This document shows positions 20,677 to 28,391 of a stretch of 34,221 bases of DNA, piece by piece (the first letter of the stretch is position 1; each line of letters starts with the position of its first letter). Below the pieces are notes generated by a model, which worked only from the letters and a program-made list of their open reading frames with translations, ran no database searches and was not told where the DNA came from. Both the position numbers and the translations under genes were made by a program. This DNA comes from Promethearchaeota archaeon (lineage in GTDB: Archaea > Asgardarchaeota > Lokiarchaeia > Sigyniarchaeales > SOKP01): positions 1-34,221 of the forward strand of contig JAEOTA010000011.1 in the NCBI GenBank assembly GCA_016840085.1. The letters are read 5' to 3'.

Positions 20677-21144
20677 TTGTTCTTTATTGAAAAGGAACCA
20701 AAAATTACTGAAAAAGAAATTCAGAATTTATATCAAACTCACCCATATTTAATTGAAAAGAAATTTCTTAATCAGGAAGTAGTTCCACAATACTCTTTAC
20801 CCTCAGGATTCGCAGATATTGTAGTTTTTTTAGAAAATGAAATCGTAGTAATTGAATTAAAAGTCGAGATTCTTGAAAATCGGCATTTACTACAGTTATA
20901 TGGATATTTAGAAGATATGGAAAAAAAATTCAAGAATATTAAAAGAATTAGAGGAATATTAATTGGTAAGGAGCCTGATAAAGAACTATATTTGATGATT
21001 AAAAATTTCTCATTCGAAATAAAAATACTGGTTTTGAATAAAGAGATTATAACAAAGGTTAAAATTTGTAATAGCTGTAGATTAGCTAATGATTTAAAGA
21101 ATGATTATTGTATTTATTGCTGTAATAAATCATTTTTGTTATGA
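20677..21144 (+). CDS. NucS/DUF91-like PD-(D/E)xK endonuclease with C-terminal Zn ribbon
   Basis: TEKEIQNLYQTHPYLIE, GFADIV, VVIELKV, LLQLYGY and RGILIG motifs, then CNSC...CIYC. Confidence 0.8.
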   Translation: MFFIEKEPKITEKEIQNLYQTHPYLIEKKFLNQEVVPQYSLPSGFADIVVFLENEIVVIELKVEILENRHLLQLYGYLEDMEKKFKNIKRIRGILIGKEPDKELYLMIKNFSFEIKILVLNKEIITKVKICNSCRLANDLKNDYCIYCCNKSFLL

Positions 21145-21239
21145 TTTAACTTAGAATATTTGAAAGATTTTACAAAAAAAAAATCTTAAGTTATATAAAT
21201 TAAATAAGTTAGAATGAATCTATAGCTAAAATTTATAAC

Positions 21240-21263
21240 TTCGTGAAACGGTTATTTCACGAA
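21240..21263. repeat. Perfect palindrome TTCGTGAAA-CGGTTA-TTTCACGAA (compact form of the dispersed motif)
   Basis: 9-bp perfect inverted arms with a 6-nt spacer, read directly from the sequence. Confidence 0.8.
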
Positions 21264-21323
21264 AATCTTTAATAATTTATATAATATATAAGTTCAATTA
21301 TAATATGTTTAATGTGGTGAGAT

Positions 21324-21602
21324 ATGCGTTTTCCAAATGTAAAGGTTAATAGAGAGAATGTAGAAGGAACAAAACTTTGTTATTGGATCAGGAGCAAGAA
21401 AATAATAATCATTGATTATGGTTATCCTAATGGTGATATCCATATATATAGGCATTTAAAAACAACAAATTCAGAGAACTTACGAGATGTATTAGAAGAA
21501 TTATTAGAGAATGAAGATCTCTCTTCTAGGGCATATTTGGAGATTAAAGAACTTAAAGATAATGACGAATTATATAATAAAATTTTCTCTCCAAGATATT
21601 AA
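21324..21602 (+). CDS. Hypothetical protein
   Basis: 92 aa ORF with a GGTGA RBS just upstream. No family recognised. Confidence 0.6.
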   Translation: MRFPNVKVNRENVEGTKLCYWIRSKKIIIIDYGYPNGDIHIYRHLKTTNSENLRDVLEELLENEDLSSRAYLEIKELKDNDELYNKIFSPRY

Positions 21603-21750
21603 ATAAACATACTTTTAGAATTTCCATATATTAAAGTAATAAAAAAAAAATAATAAAAAATAGGTTATTGATTTTTCTCTCTTAATAACTAATAGTGTAT
21701 TAATCTCACTTTTTATTGTTAATTTCAATACTTTTGCTTAGAGCCTCTTT

Positions 21751-22149
21751 TTAACTTAAAAAGATAATAATCATTGAGATCCATAAACTAATAAATAACA
21801 AAGGTAGAAGATATGCTATATGCCTCATTTGAATACCTCTTACATCACCTGAAAATACAGATGGTACACTTCCACTTTTCTCTAAGAGTTTAGCTTCATT
21901 TTTCCATTTTTTAATATATGAACTGCTTCTATGCTGAATTAATAACCATCCAATACTTAATATTAACCCTGAAATAGATATAAAAAATTGAATCGTTAAA
22001 TTTTCAAACTGGCTAATTGCTAATAAAAATATACTTGATACAACCAAAAAAACATTATTTCTTTGCCAATGTAATTTTGCTTCAGATTGTTGTATCTTGA
22101 TTAACTTCTCATGCTTTTTTGCATTACTATCTTCTGTCATGATAATCAA
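21751..22149 (-). CDS. Small 3-TM membrane protein, RipA-family octameric-membrane-protein-like
   Basis: WQRNNVFLVVSSIFL followed by two adjacent TM helices, then W..E..LE and a C-terminal TM helix. Confidence 0.6.
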   Translation of the reverse strand: MIIMTEDSNAKKHEKLIKIQQSEAKLHWQRNNVFLVVSSIFLLAISQFENLTIQFFISISGLILSIGWLLIQHRSSSYIKKWKNEAKLLEKSGSVPSVFSGDVRGIQMRHIAYLLPLLFISLWISMIIIFLS

Positions 22150-22410
22150 AGAAGATTTACTTTCATATAAATCATATGTTATTATAAATATTACACTAAA
22201 TTAAATTACTAATTTATTCTTATTGAAAAAAACACCTTTCTTTAAAGTTCTTTTTAACTTTTCTTTCTAAATTTTTATTAATTTTTTATTTCAGTTTTTC
22301 GCTTGCTTGAAAATGATAAAAAGATTCTTACTTAAAATTTTAATATTATTTTGTATGAGCGAATTGCGCACGACCAGGTGATGTGTGATGGTGATAATTT
22401 ATTGTTTAAA

Positions 22411-23250
22411 TTAATTAAATTCAATAAATTCAAATCTATCTTGGAATAATTCAGCAAATTCTCTATGATCTAGCCAAGTGTCGATTCTTTCTAAGTGCTC
22501 TTCTAAGGAACTAATAGAAATTCCAATGGACCTAAAAAAAAAGTCTTTCTTTAAATTATATTGGTTTATCCTTTGAAGTTTTTTAATCACTGAGAAAAGA
22601 TAATAGCAAGCAGAACCAAATCGTGATGCTCTATACCTTTCGGTAAACTTATCATTACAATTTTTAATAATGTAGATAATAGGATCCAATAAATCTTCTA
22701 AATTTATATTATAGGTCTTGAAAGTATAGTAATTTTCATTTAAATCTTCTAAAAATTCTATTATTTTTATCTTATAGTAATTTGTCATAAATTCATCTCG
22801 TTGTTGTTCATTCAAAAAAGCTGCTGTGAGAAATACCTTAAAATGTCCTAGTTCAATTGTTTTAATCATTTTTGATAAATAATGGATTAATTTTTGGAAT
22901 TCTCGTTTAATTCTTGCATTATTTGTTGACGCTTCCAACAAATTTTTAATTTTACTTATGATATCTTTAAAATCATATCCTAGTGAAACATAAGAAACAA
23001 ATAAGGTTGCAATATAAACTTTTATTCTATCTAATCCTTTTATTTTTTTAAAGCTATGGTCATTTTGTCGTAAAAGTCTTTTTGCATGTAGTTTAACTTC
23101 ATTTTCTATATTTAAGCAACTATTAGAACATAAAGTATCAAATGTACCAAGTAAAAGTTGTCTATCTTTTGATATATTATCCAATAATTTTAACATATCA
23201 AAGAAATTTGGTAAATTTTTTTTGCTACTATTATTATTATTTTCTATCAT
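22411..23250 (-). CDS. Divergent TFB/TFIIB-like tandem cyclin-fold protein lacking the Zn ribbon
   Basis: FDTLCSNSCLNIENEVKLHAKRLL..KIKGLDRIKVYIATLFVS and ASRFGSACYYLFS...IGISISSLEEHLERI align by eye with TFB cyclin repeats 1 and 2. Confidence 0.45.
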   Translation of the reverse strand: MIENNNNSSKKNLPNFFDMLKLLDNISKDRQLLLGTFDTLCSNSCLNIENEVKLHAKRLLRQNDHSFKKIKGLDRIKVYIATLFVSYVSLGYDFKDIISKIKNLLEASTNNARIKREFQKLIHYLSKMIKTIELGHFKVFLTAAFLNEQQRDEFMTNYYKIKIIEFLEDLNENYYTFKTYNINLEDLLDPIIYIIKNCNDKFTERYRASRFGSACYYLFSVIKKLQRINQYNLKKDFFFRSIGISISSLEEHLERIDTWLDHREFAELFQDRFEFIEFN

Positions 23251-23296
23251 TTTTATCTAAACCTTAAGAAAATAAACAAAATATAGAGAAAATTAT

Positions 23297-24151
23297 TTAA
23301 AATCCTCTAACGCGGATTCTGTTTCTCTTTCTGTCTCTTAGACGCGTTAACGCATTAATAACCGTATCTTTAAGATATAGAGTCTCATTAGCGAGGTCAA
23401 CACGAGCAATAATATTAGTTTTTCCTGGAGATCTAATTGAAAACCCTAAAAGTTCATAAAAAAAGTTATTTTGAGTTCCTTTTGATAATTTTATTCTTTC
23501 GTGTTGTTGATTTATTAAGGTAAGGTCAATTTGGTTCGGAATAGGATTTCCAGTTCTTTCAGATTCAATGATTATGCTAGTAAATAAAAGAAAAAGAGAA
23601 ATTGCCTTACGAGGCAGAATTCCCCGCGTGGGATCAGCCATTTTGCGATGAATAAGAGCATTAGTTAGAACTATACTTATTATACCAAAAAAACGTTCTG
23701 CAGGTTCTTTAATCTCGTTTGGATTTGTTGTCAATGCATCTCTTAACTGTAAAGCTAAAGTTTGTGCCCTGGGAGTCCTGTCATATCTTTCTGGATCTGT
23801 AGGATTACGGGTCACTAAATCACCTTGAACTAAGACATCGATAATATCCTCAGATGGAGTTTTTGTGAAATTGAAATTATCCAAATCTTCCTTTGTAATA
23901 TGATCTCTTGTCAAATCTGAGACAAAATGTAGCATTACTTGAACTGTAGTATTATAATACCCAGATAATTGTAAATAACTCGCATATATAAAGGAAAATT
24001 CTTTAAGAATTGCTGCTATATATGGATGTGGACCTGCACCTGAAAAATAATCATCTATTATTTCCTCAATATAGAATACAGCATCATAGCAGGTTTCACA
24101 TAAATTACTTGTTCCTAATAAAGGTGTTTTATCACAAAATATACATGACAT
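23297..24151 (-). CDS. Hypothetical protein with N-terminal CxxC..CxxC Zn finger, putative winged-helix regions and Arg-rich tail
   Basis: CIFC-x11-CETC at the N-terminus. HITKEDL..SEDIIDVLVQGDLVTR..RYDRT has a wHTH-like pattern. Tail is RLRDRKRNRIRVRGF. Confidence 0.5.
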   Translation of the reverse strand: MSCIFCDKTPLLGTSNLCETCYDAVFYIEEIIDDYFSGAGPHPYIAAILKEFSFIYASYLQLSGYYNTTVQVMLHFVSDLTRDHITKEDLDNFNFTKTPSEDIIDVLVQGDLVTRNPTDPERYDRTPRAQTLALQLRDALTTNPNEIKEPAERFFGIISIVLTNALIHRKMADPTRGILPRKAISLFLLFTSIIIESERTGNPIPNQIDLTLINQQHERIKLSKGTQNNFFYELLGFSIRSPGKTNIIARVDLANETLYLKDTVINALTRLRDRKRNRIRVRGF

Positions 24152-24338
24152 GAATTTTTCACTAATTTTCTTAATTAATTAATGGACTTTTTTGTTTAAT
24201 ATAATTTATTATAAAAAAGACACCTAAATATATAATCTTCATATTTTAATGTTCTTATTTATTAACAGTATTTGTCAATAAATTACACTATTTAGCATAG
24301 ATGAAATTTTAAATATAAGATAATTTAAATTTAAATTA

Positions 24339-26294
24339 TTATATTTCAATTTTTTCAATAGGGTCATCTGTGACACGTGTCAAAACGACAAATAAATCAT
24401 CCTCAACTGTTAGCTCTTTCAAATACTCAAAAAATTTTTTCTGATTCTGAGGACTAAATTCTAAAAATAAATCATCACCTATAAAAAAGGGAACATTCTC
24501 AAGATAAGTCTTTTTACATGAAATTTGTAATATTGCTCCAATTAATGCTCGCTCTGCCCCTGATAAGGACCCTAATTCTTGAATGGCCCCACCTTTTCGA
24601 ACAACAGTTAGATGATAATCTTCCAAATTAATATATATGTCTTCAAATTCTTGAAGTTCTAAATTTTTCATAATATTTTTAATATATGTATTAAACTTCT
24701 TTCCTGCTCCTAATCTTTGTTCATTCATTTTATCAATTAAGTAAGTGTCAATTTTCTCCAATTCATTCTCTAATTTTGATGTTATGCTCTCAGCCTTTTC
24801 TAAAGGTATCATTATATCAAGAAATTCAATAAAAGACTTTTCTTTTATTAATTCTTTGTATTTTTCAATATCTATCTCAATTTTCTTAATTGAATCATTG
24901 ATCTCCTTTTCTTTCTCCTCAAAAGGTCTCATAATATCAAATTTTTTTATATCAGCACTTATTTTTTCAAGGTTTTTTTCTAATTTATTAATATCATTTT
25001 GAATTGAATTAATATTTTCATTTATTGTTTTAAGTTCCTTCCGCTTCATTATCTTCTGTTCTTCAGCATTCTCGATTATTTTTTTCATCTGACCCATTTT
25101 TGTCTTTGATTCATCTCGCGCTCCTTCTTTATGTTTAATTTTTTGAATTTCTGCTTTAATATTATTCAAATCATCAATTTTAAAATAGATTTTTTCTTTT
25201 TCTTTTAAAATTTCACCTCTTTTATCTCGAATTTCTTCTAATTTCTTAACAAAAAATTCTTCAGTGAGAGTCACTTTACTTTCACAAACTGGACAAGTAC
25301 CTTGTTCCAGTGAAGCTTTAATTAAAACCTCGTAAATAGTCCCATATAAATCTAATTTACCTTGTTCAGCTGAAATTATATTCAATTTTTCTTGAAGTTT
25401 GTCTTTTTCTTCCTCAAAATTTCTATTTTTTTTAATTTCCTTAAGACTAATAATTTCTTTTTCGATAGAATCAATCTCTTGTTGAATCTTGGAAATTTCA
25501 ATAGTATAATCAGCAACTTTTTTGTCCTCTTGTTCTATTTCTGACTGAAATTTGTTTAATTTTTTCTCTTCAGTTTTTTTAAGAGCATTTTTTTTTTTAA
25601 TTTCTGCGTTTACATCTTTCTTATCTTTTTGTAACTTTTCTAATTCAGGAAACTGAGAGATATCTATTTTTGCCTTTTCTTCCTGAACATATTTTAATTC
25701 ATTATCCAAATTTAATTTTTCCTGTGTTAATGAATCGATTTTTCTTAAGTAATCACTAAGCTGATTCTTAATTGAATCAATATAATTAATTGCATTCTCG
25801 TTAATACTGATATATGAATTTATTTTAGATTTTAATTGTTCATATGCTCCCGCAGATGACATTTCTGATACTATCCATTGAAAATTATCATTTCCAGTAG
25901 TTATATATTCTTGAATTTTAGAATTTTTTACTAGCATAGCAGCATATAGAAAATTCTCATTACCTTTATGGTTCGTTTTGACTGTACCATCTTTATTGAG
26001 AATTAATTCAATTTTTTCTTGGTTATAAGATAAACTAATCATTGCTTTATCTTTAAAAGCGTTAATTATAGGTGATTTTTTTGATTTCATTGGTAAAATA
26101 CCAAATTTTATTGCTTCATTTATTATATTCTCAGATTTTATAGGACAAGAAATAGCTGCGGCTAATGATTTTATTATTGTGCTTTTTCCCGAATAGTTTT
26201 TACCAGCAAAAATAGAAATTTTTCCACTTGTCAAATCAATTTCTCTTAGACCTTGATGTCCACCTACGTCCTTAAGGATTAATTTAGCGTTCAT
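24339..26294 (-). CDS. Archaeal SMC-related ATPase (ClsN/Sph-like) with central Zn hook
   Basis: Walker A AGKNYSGKS, long coiled coils with central CPVC (nt 25284-25295), signature LSGAE and Walker B PFFIGDD. Start revised to ATG 26294 (651 aa), which overlaps the stop of an upstream 48-aa ORF (ATGA). Confidence 0.88.
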   Translation of the reverse strand: MNAKLILKDVGGHQGLREIDLTSGKISIFAGKNYSGKSTIIKSLAAAISCPIKSENIINEAIKFGILPMKSKKSPIINAFKDKAMISLSYNQEKIELILNKDGTVKTNHKGNENFLYAAMLVKNSKIQEYITTGNDNFQWIVSEMSSAGAYEQLKSKINSYISINENAINYIDSIKNQLSDYLRKIDSLTQEKLNLDNELKYVQEEKAKIDISQFPELEKLQKDKKDVNAEIKKKNALKKTEEKKLNKFQSEIEQEDKKVADYTIEISKIQQEIDSIEKEIISLKEIKKNRNFEEEKDKLQEKLNIISAEQGKLDLYGTIYEVLIKASLEQGTCPVCESKVTLTEEFFVKKLEEIRDKRGEILKEKEKIYFKIDDLNNIKAEIQKIKHKEGARDESKTKMGQMKKIIENAEEQKIMKRKELKTINENINSIQNDINKLEKNLEKISADIKKFDIMRPFEEKEKEINDSIKKIEIDIEKYKELIKEKSFIEFLDIMIPLEKAESITSKLENELEKIDTYLIDKMNEQRLGAGKKFNTYIKNIMKNLELQEFEDIYINLEDYHLTVVRKGGAIQELGSLSGAERALIGAILQISCKKTYLENVPFFIGDDLFLEFSPQNQKKFFEYLKELTVEDDLFVVLTRVTDDPIEKIEI

Positions 26295-26437
26295 TTTAGC
26301 CATTCCTTTATTTTGTTTGTTATAATTTCCTGACATTTGTTTTTAAAATCATTAATTTTAATTGAATTAATTTGGATCTCAATTTCTTTAATTATTAATT
26401 CAGAAATTAAGTCTTCAGAGTCTTTCTTTTTTGCCAT
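26291..26437 (-). CDS. Unannotated 48-aa helical protein translationally coupled to the SMC gene
   Basis: MAKKKDSEDLISELIIKEIEIQINSIKINDFKNKCQEIITNKIKEWLK*. Strong RBS GGAGGT (26451-26446) 8 nt upstream, and its TGA overlaps the SMC ATG. Confidence 0.8.
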   Translation of the reverse strand: MAKKKDSEDLISELIIKEIEIQINSIKINDFKNKCQEIITNKIKEWLK

Positions 26438-26485
26438 AATATATTACCTCCTAATTTTCATTATTAATTTTTTCTAACAATTACT

Positions 26486-27490
26486 TTAAAAGTTTTTATA
26501 TAGATTTAATTCAGCTCCAATTAGGATTAATGGTTTTTTAATTCTTTTAAACAGACCAACATTACTATTATATTGGTTATTAAATACCTCCACAATAGCT
26601 TTTCTAAAATTTTGAGTTTGATTAATTGGTCCTAAATATTTATATAGAATCATTACTCCTGCAGCTCTATTAGAAATTTTATGAGGTTTTTTTGTACTTC
26701 TATCAGTATATAAAAGAGTAGGTTTTTTTATGATAGAAAAATTTATTGGATAAATATAATCTTCATTCTCATTCAAGGATCTATTATCGGCATATTCTAA
26801 GAATGTATTCCTAATATCATTGAGTATATCTGGACTTGGTCGTTTATAAACATAATTTATACCAGAATCATTAGGTCGTTTTTTTCTAAATTTTCTTTCG
26901 ATACCAAGGAGGCTCCTTCTAAAATCATTGGGATCTGCCTTAATGTCACCTTCAAATAACATATATACTAAAAAATAGTTTTGATTTAAGATTTCCTCTA
27001 AAAAATCAGATTCTGAACATAATAATATTTTATAATCATCAATATCAATAAATATCTCTTCCTCTTTTAACTTAAATTTCTTATCTAGTATTTTAATATA
27101 ATCTTCAATATAATTTATTAATCCCATATACTTGTATATGATCATTATTTCTGGAGGTTTATTTATAAATCTTGTGTGTCTAAATCTCTTACCAAATTTA
27201 TAACTCTCAGCTTCATGAGTATGAGTTATTTTTTTAATAATTGAGAAATCTATGGGATATAGCAAAGGTTCTTCCTGTATTTCTTCTTTTCTTTTAAGAA
27301 TTTCTTTATTAAATTCAAAATCAATTTTTTTAAGAATATTTTGAAATTTCACCTTTTTTCCATTTTCTTTATAAAGATTATATAGATTTTCATCACCTTT
27401 TAATGAAACTAAAAGAGATTCATTATTAAGCTTTCTTTCATCTTTGAAATCAAGAATTATCACAATATAATTCTCATTCATTATTTCCAA
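26486..27490 (-). CDS. Hypothetical protein made of two tandem ~165-aa repeats
   Basis: YPIDFSIIKK..IMIIYKYMGLIN (from aa 78) recurs as YPINFSIIKK..VMILYKYLGPIN (from aa 247). Starts 1 bp after the AAA gene. Confidence 0.75.
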   Translation of the reverse strand: MEIMNENYIVIILDFKDERKLNNESLLVSLKGDENLYNLYKENGKKVKFQNILKKIDFEFNKEILKRKEEIQEEPLLYPIDFSIIKKITHTHEAESYKFGKRFRHTRFINKPPEIMIIYKYMGLINYIEDYIKILDKKFKLKEEEIFIDIDDYKILLCSESDFLEEILNQNYFLVYMLFEGDIKADPNDFRRSLLGIERKFRKKRPNDSGINYVYKRPSPDILNDIRNTFLEYADNRSLNENEDYIYPINFSIIKKPTLLYTDRSTKKPHKISNRAAGVMILYKYLGPINQTQNFRKAIVEVFNNQYNSNVGLFKRIKKPLILIGAELNLYKNF

Positions 27491-27491
27491 A

Positions 27492-28271
27492 TTATTTTAA
27501 CATCTCCTTAACGTATATTTTAGTTATAAAATGTTGAATATCTCTTATATTTGGAGGATCTCTTTGGATTTTTTTTTCTTCAATTTCTTTAGCTAATTGA
27601 TCAAGTGATTCATTTACCCGAGTTTCTAAATCTTTTTTACCTGTAATACTTAAACTTTTAATTATATCCCAGGCAATTTTCTTCAGATCTCCAAGAGGGA
27701 TAGGCTTAATCTCATAAAAATATAGTCTGGATCGAAGAGCATCATCGATTAAATCGGTTCTATTTGAAGTAGCAATAACAATTACGTTTGTTGGATTTAT
27801 TCTATCAAGTTCATGAAATAATACTGAATTAATTGAATAATGCCACTCCACAGCAACAGTAGAACCTCTTTTAATCATTATACAATCAATATCATCTAAA
27901 ATTAAAATATGTTTTACCTCCTCATCATTAGATATTTTAAAAAGATTTTTTATAGCGTTTTCAGCATCTCCCCATCTAGCAGCAGCAATATTTGCACTAT
28001 CTACAAGTAAATATTTTAGTTTTTTACCTTTTTCCTTTAATTGTTCTGCGACTAGCCTAGCTGTTTGTTTTGCTAACTCTGTCTTTCCAGTTCCAGGAGG
28101 TCCTTCTAATAAAAAACCCCTAAAAGGGATGTCTATTCTAGATGGATTAAAGAAAAAATGAAAAATAATTTTCTTCATCTCCATTAAAACCTGATTTAAT
28201 TGACCTTTAAATGTATAAGGTTTAATATCCAATGCATTAAGTTCAGGAATTGATTTTCTTATTAAACTCAA
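27492..28271 (-). CDS. Stand-alone classical-clade AAA ATPase (Cdc48/PAN-like single domain)
   Basis: GFLLEGPPGTGKT, pore loop ARWGDAE, Walker B variant ILILDDID, and SRH ATSNRTDLIDDALRSR. TTG start with GAGGT RBS. Confidence 0.9.
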   Translation of the reverse strand: MSLIRKSIPELNALDIKPYTFKGQLNQVLMEMKKIIFHFFFNPSRIDIPFRGFLLEGPPGTGKTELAKQTARLVAEQLKEKGKKLKYLLVDSANIAAARWGDAENAIKNLFKISNDEEVKHILILDDIDCIMIKRGSTVAVEWHYSINSVLFHELDRINPTNVIVIATSNRTDLIDDALRSRLYFYEIKPIPLGDLKKIAWDIIKSLSITGKKDLETRVNESLDQLAKEIEEKKIQRDPPNIRDIQHFITKIYVKEMLK

Positions 28272-28391
28272 TTTTAATAAACCTCATTAATTTAATTTCT
28301 TTTTATTGATTTAGACATTTTCCTACTTTTCTATTTATCAGCTTTTTTTATATATAAATATTTTAGATTTTTGTAAAAGATAAAAATATAT

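Noticed and set aside
1548-21263. Dispersed motif as CRISPR repeats or classical integron attC sites
   Set aside because: No regular repeat-spacer periodicity, GTT/AAC order is opposite to attC, genes between copies vary in orientation, and no integrase is visible.
22356-22396. GC-richer intergenic patch (GCGAATTGCGCACGACCAGGTGATGTGTGATGGTG)
   Set aside because: No second copy, no stable structure and no tRNA-like features seen, so an att site or ncRNA cannot be supported.
16173-26294. Housekeeping herA-nurA-mre11-rad50 repair locus
   Set aside because: No Mre11 phosphoesterase is present, and the SMC-like gene is on the opposite strand about 5 kb away in a different operon.
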